DNA of 64,000 nt from Vitrella brassicaformis CCMP3155 (taxonomy: Eukaryota; Protista; Chromerida): positions 62,001 to 126,000 of the forward strand of contig CDMY01000869.1 in the NCBI GenBank assembly GCA_001179505.1. The letters run 5' to 3'. The position numbers were made by a program, and so were the translations under genes. Shown here piece by piece: positions 49,822-61,217 of this stretch. Within the stretch, counting starts at the first letter, position 1. Each line of letters begins with the position of its first letter. Under the pieces are notes generated by a model. It was not told where the DNA came from. It saw only the letters and a list, made by a program, of their open reading frames with translations, and did no database searches.

Positions 49822-50279
49822 CTTACGCAGCTAAGCTACCAGGCCGCCCGCAATGTTGCCCGCAGTCTCAGCCGCCTCCGCAAAGCTGACGAGCACAAGG
49901 TTCCACCGTTTGTGCGAGCTTGGCGCAGAAGGGGGGAACCGACTCATGGAGCTTTTGGCGAGCAGAGCACACGGAGGGTCTCCACACCTGCTGGCCTGCC
50001 TGCCCGTCAATGAATATACTGAGTGGCCACAGTGATTGACGCTCACAACCAAAGCAGGTATGTGTGGGTGGATGGATGGATGGCGGCTGCGGGAGGAATG
50101 AGAGCATCTTCATATGAATCAATCACGTCTGCTTGTGTGCTTGTGTGTGTGTGTATGTGTGTGTGTTTCTCTCCCAGACAGCGGCAAAGCAATTAACACC
50201 GAGTGTGAGAGGGAATTACTCTATGAGTTGTTGCTGTGGCGACACAGTCAAACAAGCATCAGAGGAGGCCAAGCAGGAG

Positions 50280-50845
50280 ATGGCGGCGGAGGAGGACGAG
50301 GCCATCCACGGGGAGGTTCCCGCAGACACGGACTGCCTCATCTGTTTCGAGACCATCACCTGTGAAAACTACGTCGAGTACCAGACACAGGGCGGCTCCC
50401 AATGGCACCCCGCCAAGTTCTGCTGGGACTGCATACAACAACTCCTCAAGGAACAGGTCAGTGACTGAGTCACACACTCACACACGCAACCCAACACTCA
50501 CCCAGAGATGCAATGCCCCTGTCTGTCTGTCTGTCTGTCTGTGTGTTCACTCAGTTCCAGAAGTACATGGACGGTGTGCAGAACACGGATTGCGAGCGTG
50601 AGCAGCGTGCATTGCTCTCCAGGGGTCCGCCCATCCGTGTGCGGGACAAGAACGGCTTCCCGGAGTGCGGCGACGAGGAGGTCGGCCGCCTGTGGCTGTG
50701 TGGGGAGGGCCGGGTGCACGAGGGCAAAGTGGAGGGATGTGTGGAGGGGGAGGAGCGCATGAAGCTGTGGAATACGCATAGGCAGTTCATGGTGGAGAAG
50801 GAGAACGACAACGACAAGGAGACAGACGAAAGGGTAGAGGGCAGC
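50280..50845 (+). CDS. Small Cys-containing hypothetical protein (zinc-finger-like CxxC pairs); 3' end lies in the assembly gap
   Basis: CLICFETITCENYVEY...WHPAKFCWDCIQQLL / QFQKYMDGVQNTDC...LLSRGPP. Two exons. Confidence 0.65.
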
Positions 50846-51145
50846 NNNNNNNNNNNNNNNNNNNNNNNNNNNNNNNNNNNNNNNNNNNNNNNNNNNNNNN
50901 NNNNNNNNNNNNNNNNNNNNNNNNNNNNNNNNNNNNNNNNNNNNNNNNNNNNNNNNNNNNNNNNNNNNNNNNNNNNNNNNNNNNNNNNNNNNNNNNNNNN
51001 NNNNNNNNNNNNNNNNNNNNNNNNNNNNNNNNNNNNNNNNNNNNNNNNNNNNNNNNNNNNNNNNNNNNNNNNNNNNNNNNNNNNNNNNNNNNNNNNNNNN
51101 NNNNNNNNNNNNNNNNNNNNNNNNNNNNNNNNNNNNNNNNNNNNN
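50846..51145. other. Assembly gap (300 N)
   Basis: Run of N. Confidence 1.
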
Positions 51146-51866
51146 TCGGCGTCTCTTGTCCTGAAAAGATTGTGACTCTCCCTCTGTTAGTTTGAGGCAG
51201 AGGCATGTGGTGTCTATCTGTCTGCCGGGTGTGTGGTGTGTGAGTGTGGTGTGTAAGTAACTGAGTGTCGGCGGTGCATTAATGACAGGACAGTGACGTC
51301 ACGTCCATCTATCTGGCTTGTGTAGAGTGTGCTTGAGATGACTGACTGACTGATGCACTGATGGATGTGGGGGAATCGATGCGTGTGGGATGGTAAGAAA
51401 GACTGACTGAGAAGAAGTCTGACCGATTGATTATCTATCGTCGTGTGGAGCCAACGATACGATTTGTGCGAGGCAGAGCTCTCACCCTACAAATACAAAT
51501 GGCCGTTAACTGTACACACACACACACGCACATACACATATACAGACAGATACAGATGTACGCGCAAGTCCACACACATGACATGGTCACTCACTCACTC
51601 AGCCGTCCGGCTTGGAGTCAGCCAACCAAGCAGCTGTGTGTATTATATAGCTCACCACACACACACACGTATGTCGATAACGCACATCCATCCAGCCAGC
51701 CAGCCAGTCAGTCTCCTGAGGACCCCTCCCCACGGCTGCCTCTACGATGGGGACGAATTATGCACAGACAGACACGTCATGTACAGCACACCCCACAGCC
51801 TCACCCACTCACCCACCCCACCCAGGCCTCTCCTTCTTCGGTCGGTCAGGTGGGTGTGGTTGTGGG

Positions 51867-53828
51867 TCAGATGGCCTTGTCTTTGGGCGGTGAAGATGGT
51901 GAGGATGCTTTCCTCACCCGGAAGACCGACAGGTACGCCTTCCGCTTCCGAGCCACACCCAACACCAACCGATAAAACACCACACACGTCACCGCCAGCA
52001 CGCCCAGCACACCAGCCGCCACCAAAAGCCTCTCGCGATATAACCGGGACTCAAACCTGACCACACACAGGGAGGGTATGCAGCAATAGGCGTGTGTGGT
52101 TTGGCATTTGGGTGTGGAGTAGTGGTTGGTGTGCTGCCTGGCTGGCTGGCTGACCTCCTGACGATGTGTATGGCTTCAGCAAAGTAAGCGAGAGCGTTGA
52201 TGAGGGCCACGATCTCGTTCCTCTCGAGAGACACAACTCGATAGTCGGCCGCTGACGCCTGCACACATACACAGGGACGGGGACCACACACACATGCGGC
52301 CAGTCCACCCTGCTGTCTGTGTGTGTGTTGGTGTGTGTGGCTCTCTGACTGACCCTGAGTGCGAGGCTGAGTGCGGTCATTTTGAGTCTGCCGTGCAGGC
52401 GGCACTTCTCGCACTCCACACAGTCGAGGATCCTGGTAATGTTGTGGAACTGACGAAGGGCCTCAGAGGACCTGACACGACACACACAGGCCATCCATAC
52501 AAATGGACGTACGTACGTACGTACACGATTGATTTGCGCTAGTTAGTCCTCTGGCTCACTGACTTCTTTTCGAAGAGTGGTTCGTCCATGTATTGCGGTC
52601 GGCATGATGCGAACGTATGGTTGAGCAAGTGGAACAGGTCGGCACGCGCCTGCAGGTCCTCCGACTTGTTCCCTGCAATGCACCAGACCAGACCACCACA
52701 CCCCACACATCGAAATCGACAGGGCACAGCACACGTCGTGGATGGGATGGGATGCATCCCTCGGGGTCCGTCCGTCCGTCCGTCCCTACCTGTTTCACAA
52801 TGGCATTCCTCGAGTATTGGCGACACATGGCACACAGTCCGCAGGAGGATGGCCAAGGTGAAGTACAGGTTGGCTATCCTGTCGTCATACGGACCCAGCT
52901 TGGCCTTGTAGAACGACATGCTGTAACTGTAGCGAGAACCAACACCACTCCCACCACCACCGCTCCCATGGGTCTCGATGGCGCCATTGTGCCTCTCGGG
53001 TACGTGGTAGTACTCTGCTGACAGCGCTGCGATGTTGCTGTGCATGCCCGATATGATGCGGTAGAAGTTCTCTTCATCCAAACAGGTCTCGTCGCTCTCC
53101 AGGCAGTTCTCACGGTAGATGAGGTACCAGATGTGCCCCCCTGAGTAGGCCGTATACGACGGCCGGTTCAGCGTCAGGTCGACGTAGGTGGCCTTGTGGG
53201 AGGCCTCCCCCGATATGAGCTGCGCGAACGCTTCTGGGGATCCGGGCGGCGCCTCCCAGACCGAGCTGAGGTCGTACCTGTCGGTCTCCTTCCACGGTGT
53301 GAATGAGAGGTCCTCACTGTGGCTGCGGTCGACGAAGTTCTCGACGGGCTTCATCTGCCATGGCTTGGGGATGTCATCCTCATCGCACTCGCACACCGAG
53401 CAGCCCTGAGGATTCTGACCTGTAGGTTGATTGACACACAGCGGAGCCATGGGGCGAGAGGGGTGGTGGTGGGTTCTTCTTTGGTGCGTCTGCGTACACA
53501 TGGCCTCCATGGCGTAGAAGGGGCATTCTTTGCTCAAGTCGGCCTTGAAGATCCTGAACCACACACACACAGAGATGCAGTGCAGACCAGCAGGCAGTCA
53601 GTTACGCCATCCGACTGTTCCTTCACTGCCCTACTTGAAGAATGTTTTGGCCTGCAATCTCTGCAGTATGGGTGTGAGCGTGAGGGCGTCCTGCTCTATC
53701 TCCCCAGCCGAGGGGACGGAGGGGGGGAGCACCACTGACGCAGAGGATGTCTGCAGCACGGTGGTGACGGTTACCGCACAGGTGACCCCACACCAGAGCA
53801 TTGCGGTGGACGACAGTGTCGAGCCCAT
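51867..53828 (-). CDS. ERO1: ER oxidoreductin 1 with C-terminal transmembrane anchor
   Basis: FRIFKADLSKECPFY, YVDLTLNRPSYTAYSG, FYRIISGMHSNI, RIANLYF, FHNITRILDCVECEKCRLHGRLK (CxxCxxC) and LERNEIVALINAL. TM segment LLVAAGVLGVLAVTCVVFY. Confidence 0.93.
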
Positions 53829-53942
53829 CTCATTACCCAAGGACTTTGTTCGCCACGTTGCGCCGTGATGCGAGCTCAAATTAGAAGGTGTGTGTAAATG
53901 CTTGAGATGTGGTAGGGGATGAAGAGGCGGAAGCGGGCGTTG

Positions 53943-56468
53943 ATGTGGCTGTGGACGCCCCTCTTATTGCTCGCGGCGTTGTTGAGGCGAACCGCGGCAT
54001 GGCGAGAAGGTCCACAGCGCCACCAGCCAGTGCACTTGTCAGGCAGCCTCCACTCTCTCTCTGCTGCAGATCATGGCCAGAGATCCGACGGCAGCTATGG
54101 GCCAGAAGTGAGCCTATCCCACCGCCATGCGTCACACCATTCCTACAGGGGACAAGAACAGACCTCTGATGGGCAGAACCCAACACAGCAAACACAGCAA
54201 GCACAGCCAGTGCAGCAGCAGCCAGTCTATGGCCCATATGCCGCGCAGCCCCCCTTGCAGCCCTTCCAGCAGCCAGGGCCCCCTGCCTATCCGCCACCAC
54301 CATACGTGTACAGCTACCCCATCCCGGCGCCAGGCTACGCCCCTCAGCAACCCATGCAGCTACAACCACAGCCCCAGCAGCAGCAGCCGCCACAGCAGTA
54401 TGTCACACAACCCCAGCCGCAGCAGCCCATCCTTCCCACAGCAACTTCTCCTGACTTCGCGCCTGATCTCGCCAGCGGCGCCCGCAGCCCTGGGGCGGCG
54501 CCCATGAAGCAGCCCCACGCTGGCGGTGCTGGTGGTGCTGGGGGTGGTGGCGGTGTTGGTGGTGGGGTGGTTCCGTCTGCTGCTCAGTTGGGCAAGGCGG
54601 CAGATAGGATGGAGAGGAGTATGGAGAAGGTGACAGAGGAGGTCCGGAAGCTGCAGCTGCAAGCAAGGGCGGGCGACAGGGTCTTCGCCAACAAATTCAA
54701 ACAAGTATGGATGTATGTAAAGGAATAATGAATGAATGAATGAATGAGCCCAGTGGATGTGCGTGTATGTGTGCAGCTTGAGGTAGAGGTTCGTGGGATG
54801 AAGACCGACGTCAAGCAGTCCCGTGCCAGGTAGGTGGGTAGGTAGGTAGCTGTGTTGCAAATGCATACAGACACGAGCCCGGCGAATGGTTGTGGATGGA
54901 TCGGGGTCTTTGTGTTGTGTGTGCTGGGCTGGCTGCACTGCACTGCACCAGGTACAAGGGTGCGGCGTATCTGTGCGGTCAGTTCACGACCTGCAGCGAG
55001 TGCGTGCAGTCCACTCTGTGCGGCTGGTGCCCCGCACAGCACAGGTGCTTCCCAGGCAACAGATACGGCGCATTCGACATCGAGGACCAGCCCACGGCAG
55101 ATGGCGTCCGGCCGGCAGTCTTCTCCTGCCAGAGGTTCTTCTTCAGCTACTGCACTGACGCGGGGCTCTCATGCTCACAATACGACACTTGCACCGTACA
55201 CACACACAGACAGAGGGAGAGAGAGAGAGAGAGAGAGGGGCTGGGGGCCATGTGGTGAGGGTGTCTCTCTCTCTGTGTGTGTGTGTGTGTGCTTCGTTTC
55301 GTCCCTCCATTCCCTCATCGGTTCAGTCGTGCACCCGTGACCCGAGTTGCGGCTGGTGTGCGCACGACTCGTATTGCCTGGAGGGCAATGAGGAGGGTCC
55401 GACGGAGGTCGACTGCCCCCGTACTGACCACAAGTCCACGTGGATGCATAAATTCTTAGACGAGCCAAAGGCCTGCGACCCCATGTCAGTGACCAACGGC
55501 TAGAGAGAAAACGCATCGCATGCCGTCTGCCCTGCTTGCCTATGGGGTGTGTATGTCTTTTCGGGGTGTGTGTGTGTATGTCAGTGCGATGCGCAAGTTG
55601 ACGGTGTACAAGACGACAGCTAACGGGGGCCACAGCTCAATAGAGGAGGAGATAGGCGACCTCGAACGACAGGTAGACAGATAGGTACACACCACGCCCC
55701 GCCATGTATGTGTAGTGTCTCTGCCTGCCTGCCTGACTTTGTGTGTCCATGCAGCTTCAGGCGGCCGCCAATCACTACTACGAGGCCCGGCAGCTGGAGC
55801 AAGCGGCAGAGGCTCAGGCCAGCAACAAGGGCATAGACACGACAACCACACCGCAGACACGGCAGCAGCAACAACAACAGCAACAACAGCAGCAGCAACA
55901 GCAGCATCCTGCTGTCCAGGGCGGCACGTCCAACAACATCATAGTCATCCCCGTCCCCGCCGCATCCGCCCCTGCTGGCGGCTACCCCATACAACCCGCA
56001 CCAATGCCCATACCCATGCAGCAGCAGCAGCAGCAGATGCAGCCAATGCCCATGCAGCAGCCGGGGCAGCAGCCGGTGCCTGCACCGGGCGGAGGCAACC
56101 AGACGAACCAGACAACTAATGCCACAAATGCCACACAGCCACAGCCACAGCCACAACCACAACCGATGCCGGTGCAGCCTGGCGTGCCACCCGCGCCTGT
56201 GGGTGTGCCGGCGACGGTGAGCCCCTACGGCTATGGCTATGGGTATGGGTATGGTGCCCCGAACAACATTCCATACATGACCACGCCGGCCATGACAGGG
56301 GCAGGGGCAGGGGCAGGGGCAGGGGGCCAGCTTATGACCACGGGCACATTACCAGCGGGTGGTAGCACTACCTCTCCGGCGCCCACGGCGCTGGCCGACA
56401 ATTCGACTCAGCACAACAAAACTAGGGGGTGGTTTGGGTGGATTACGGGCAGATCGCATGCTGCGTGA
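53943..56468 (+). CDS. Secreted protein with two PSI (plexin-repeat-like) domains flanked by Gln/Pro-rich regions
   Basis: Signal peptide MWLWTPLLLLAALLRRTAA. Domains CGQFTTCSECVQSTLCGWCPAQHRC and CSQYDTC...SCTRDPSCGWCAHDSYC. Spliceable in frame to TGA 56466-56468. Confidence 0.72.
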
Positions 56469-56676
56469 CTGAAGAATGTTTGTGTGAGTGGCGGGTGGGC
56501 TCGTGCCACGAAGGTGACTTTCCATGTGCGGGTACGGGTGGTGGTGATGATGTAAATCGCCGATATGTGGCCACACGGACAGATAGACACTGTGTCTCGG
56601 TCAATTAAGGCTTCTTACATATACCTCCAATCACCTCACGTCACGTCTCGTCACTGGGTCCCTTGTGTCACTCACA

Positions 56677-59063
56677 TCACAGCACAGAGTCTGTCTGTGT
56701 GCACATATCGATGCATCTATGCAACAGTCTCTTCTCGCCCACACGGACCATCAACTGGTCCATCTGCACACACACACACACACACACCCCGAGAAACCAC
56801 CCGCGCCTGCTTGTGCCTGAACGAACAAATCGCCTGCCTACCTGTATAGGTGTCACATCGACGGCCGGCACGGTACTGCCCTCACCGCTGGCCAGCCAGG
56901 TGCCCTTCATGTCCTGCCGTCTTGTCATGTGTTGGTCGCCCAGCAGCGCCTCATCGTGTTCGAGGGTGGTCTCATAGCTGCTGAGAGCTCGCCGGGCCAG
57001 CCGACACACCATCGACCATACGCGCCGCTCATCAGCAGCTGCTGGGAGGGCCTCGCCCTGCAGTGCAGTTGTGCAAACATTTGCACGTGGACAATCTGTG
57101 GATATCATATGGGTGCATGGTGGTGCTGCGGGCATGGCATACCAACAGGACGGCATCAATCAGGGGGTGGGCGTTGTGGCTGCTGCTCTGGAGGGCTGAA
57201 ATGAAATACACAAACAAACAGGCAATCCGTGAGTGTCAGAGGTCACTGCACGCCACGCATCAGTGTGTGCATACCGACAGCCAGCCGCAGCGTGGTGAGG
57301 AGGTTGTGTGAGATCTCCACGGCCTGCTGGCTGTCATCCTCTTCGTCATCTTGCTGGTGCTGCTGGTGGCATGGCGCCCACCCGATGAACCAGTGCTGCA
57401 GCAGACCGTGTCGCTCCAACAGAGACGCATACTCGGCTTGACAAGCGCCCTGCAACACAAAAACAGACACACAGTCATGCCACTGGCTTTAGTGTGTGTG
57501 TGGCAGGAGGGTTACTGACACGAGCAGGTGTGCTATGGTCGTCCAGTGCATCGAGCGAGGGGGCCTTGGGCGTTACCTGATCAAAGGGGGTAACAAGAGA
57601 TGGGGCCATCGATGCTGTTGCCCCGTTGTCACTCACCTCAATGGCGTCGTTTGTGTTGAGTGGTATTGCAAAGCCGTAGGTGTCAATCAGCGACCAGTTG
57701 CCCTTCTGGCAGTAACAGATGAACAGCTCCTCACCTGTGGGCGCCAAACAAACAAGCAAACAGACAAGGGATTACACACTCTAGGCTGCGTGCCGACAGA
57801 TGCCCGCGAGGGATTGCTGGGCCAGGCCATGACCTGCCTGGCTGGTAGTCTCTGCCCGCCCTGAAGACGTACTCGCCGCTGCTCCGCTCGTACCCGCACA
57901 CACTGAGTCCAGTGCACCCAAACAAGCAGGACAGGCACCACACCACATGACGTCCGTACGTGAGCCCTGCCCTGCCGACCCGACCCCTTGTTTCACGGTC
58001 TACCTACCTACATACCTACCTGTCGTCGATGGCAAAGTTGAACAAGTCCCCCAAGGGCACAAGACACCTGACAGCCGCCCGCACACGGACCCGTTTATTA
58101 TGCACCAAGAAACGTCCATTTGGTTGATGCGTCCCACCAGCAGTCGCGGTCGTTGCTGCTGCTCTCCCGCTCCGGGATCAGGGGGCTGGGCCAGTAGCAG
58201 CCGCGTGTCATGACGGTGTAGTAGGCCCACGCCACGTCAGCCTCACTGGGGTGCAGGAACAGACGGCTCACAGAGGGGCTGCTGAAGACCTGAATGAGTG
58301 TAGATAACAAGCGGAAGGATGACGAATGATGGATGGATGGATGGATGCTCTCTGTGCTGGTTGCGTGTGTACCAGTGTGGTGAGTCGTTGATACATGCGT
58401 CTGACGTCTTGGCGGTGCCTCGCCACCTCCCTCCGCCGGAACGCCGGCTGAATGGCTGCATCGCACGCCAATGCCTGTGTGCTTGATTGATCTGTGACGT
58501 GGCGCCTGGCCTGTCTCATTACCTACCTTTGGCCTCCGCATCGGAATAGTAGTACCTGGGGAGGACAGGCAGACACAGTACGATGCGGCCCGTCCCTGCC
58601 TCTCTGTCCACTCACGGACAGTGTGGAGTATGTTGGCGGCAGAGATGCCATGTATGCCGCGTATAAGGACTGCTGCCCCTTGGCCCGCTCGCGAAGCAGA
58701 TGCAGCACCAGCACATCCACCGCACACAGCTCTGCCCTCTCGACGTACAGCGGCCGCACAATCGACTCGCCAATGTCACCTGGCAGACAGACACAGACAG
58801 ACAGACAGAGAAGCAAACAATCACAGTATGTTCTGCTGATCTTTCCCTCTCTCTCTCTGTTTCTTTCGCTTCTCCTCACTTTTGAGTGCAGATCTGGTGT
58901 TCATCAGCAGATCCCCGGGGATGCCAAGCATCCTTTCGCCCTTTCGCACTTGTCGACTGCTGCACAGGCCTCGTCCGGTGAGCGGGAACGATTCCACCGC
59001 CAGATCATGTGTCACGCCATGCGCTTGGAGCCATTCCTGCAGCGCATTGAGCGTAGGACTCAT
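56677..59063 (-). CDS. SET-domain protein of the Rubisco-LSMT class (SETD4/SDG40-like)
   Basis: EWLQAHG...TGRGL...GERMLGIPGDLLM, YAAYMASLP, WAYYTVMTRGCY, PLGDLFNF, YQPG/EELFICY...LIDTYGF and LRLAV. An upstream exon is possible. Confidence 0.85.
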
Positions 59064-59298
59064 ACCAGCTTTGCGGGCTTGAACCTGATCGCTTCATCGA
59101 CTAGAACTCATTCCCAGGCTGCATACGACAGGTGAGCGCATGCACTGTGGTGTGGTGAAAGCACAGGGATTGTCATTTCTGTGTTTGTTGCTGCAGCTGG
59201 CGTGAACGAGCCGTCGTGTCGCAGCTTGCACATCAGCGTGAACGAGCCGTCGGTGTCTATCTGTCGCTTCCCCTGTCCCTCCGGAGTGACCAATCAAG

Positions 59299-60318
59299 AT
59301 GATTCACCGGATCAGCGCGTCGTTTCCCTCCTCTCTGCTCTTCGTGTTGGTCTGCCTCGCCATCACCTTCCATGCCGGCGAGTCCTTCCTGCCATCGACG
59401 CCATCCCATGGCCGTCTGTCGAGGCCGCTACGTGGCCGGCGTGTGTCGACTGCTCGACTGGCGGCACAAGAGGAGCAGCCAGCGGCGACGGCGACGAGAG
59501 ATAGCCTGCTGGTGGTGTGGGACCTCGACGAAACGTTGATCTGCAGCCGTGAAAGATACCCCATCGAAAGGTCAACGAGAAGGCTGGAGGACCCCGAGGA
59601 GCCGCTCCCTGACGCAAGCCAGTGGAAGCCACTCCCGGAGGGGGCCCCTGTGTCTGACTTTTCGGTCGACCTGGTGCAACAATATGACGACAAGGTGGGC
59701 ATGGAATCATACGAAACACCGCAGTCGCATTCATTGTGTGCATCTGCGAGGCGTTTATTGACTGTCGTGTTGCCATACTGTAGACCCGATGGGTGGAGCG
59801 TTTCGACATCTTCCTGCGGCCCGGTAGGGATGCAGGCAGACAGGCAGGACCACAGACACGACACTCACCGTTCTGTCGCTGCCAATGTGTGCATGGCAGG
59901 TGCGCAGGAGCTGCTGCAGTGGTGCAAGGACCAAGGCTATGAACAGGCCCTCTTCACTACCGCCATCCAGCTGTACGCAGACAACATCCTGGCCCATCCC
60001 ACCCTCGATCCATCAGGGGAGCTGCTTCCCCGACGGCTCTACCGAGGCGATATGGACGGATACAGCTACAAGTCCCTAGCTCGACTGCGGCCTTGCCTGA
60101 AGCGTGCCGTGTTGATCGACAACGCCAGGCGTTACCTGACAGAGGAGAACGGCATTGGCGTCCCTGACTTTGTCCCGAAATGGGCGCCGTCTATACCCGA
60201 GGAGAACGATGCGCTCAAGTCGCTGCTGACGGAGCTGGATGAGCTCGATGACGTGAGACCACGACTCAAGGAGCTGTGGAAAGAGGGGCGCTTCGAATGT
60301 GGTCGAAGGGGCGACTGA
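59299..60318 (+). CDS. FCP1/SCP-like (NIF) HAD phosphatase with bipartite plastid-targeting-like leader; 3 exons
   Basis: LLVVWDLDETLI (DxDxT), FLRPG/AQELL, FTTAIQLYAD, RRLYR and VLIDN...NGIGVPDF. Introns at 59695-59783 and 59824-59899. Confidence 0.85.
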   Translation: MIHRISASFPSSLLFVLVCLAITFHAGESFLPSTPSHGRLSRPLRGRRVSTARLAAQEEQPAATATRDSLLVVWDLDETLICSRERYPIERSTRRLEDPEEPLPDASQWKPLPEGAPVSDFSVDLVQQYDDKVGMESYETPQSHSLCASARRLLTVVLPYCRPDGWSVSTSSCGPVGMQADRQDHRHDTHRSVAANVCMAGAQELLQWCKDQGYEQALFTTAIQLYADNILAHPTLDPSGELLPRRLYRGDMDGYSYKSLARLRPCLKRAVLIDNARRYLTEENGIGVPDFVPKWAPSIPEENDALKSLLTELDELDDVRPRLKELWKEGRFECGRRGD

Positions 60319-61217
60319 GTTCTGGCGGACGGGTGCTGGGATGGATCAACTTCTGCCCCCGTGCTTAGGTAGACAGTTGTGCTTCTGAGGATGCATGTAG
60401 TTATGATGAAGGTCATACACACACAGGTAGAGATGGGTAGGTTGATGGGTAGGTAGGACGTTGTGGGTGGGTGGACCCATTCGTGATGCGAATGGTGACA
60501 TCCGACTGACGCTGGCTGGCTCGTTGGATGCGTGATGCTTCGATTCATGGCTTGTGTGACCAGCCATCAGCTGGAGGGACACACTTGTGGGTCACAGTAA
60601 CTTGTTCAATGCGATGTGGTGCATTCATTCGACCCGCCAAAGCAGCTCCCAGTCCTGCAGGTGGGTCTGGCTATGTACATGACTAGTCACAAACACAGGC
60701 AAGAGACAGGTCATCTACACACAGTCCATCCGCGCACGTGCGCATCTCTCTGTACACTGTCTGTCTGTGAGGGGGCTGGCTGGAATTGATAGCTACACCT
60801 ATCTATGCATGCGATGAAAAGAAGCCGATACATAAGATACACGTCCGCACAGAGTGGACTGCCCGCTCGCCGCAGCCGCACCCAGGGATACGATATACAT
60901 ACCTGCACAACACACACAGATATGTGTTGACCAAAGCTACACACAGCGCTCCGACTCCAGTGTCAGTCGAGCCCTCACATTCGAGTTACTGACGTCAGCC
61001 GTGGTGCTGTAGTGGTGGAGCGACTGCAAGGCAACACACACGGACCCGTACATACGTGTCCGTGTGTGCTGTGCGGTGGTATGTCTGTCGGCGTACTGGG
61101 TGTATCTGGCGGGGGCAGCGGGACGGGAGCGGCGTTGGCGGGGACGGCAGGAGCACCAGATGCGACACTGAATCAAGACAGGAAGATCGAATCAGACGCA
61201 AGGAAGCATCTTGTTTC

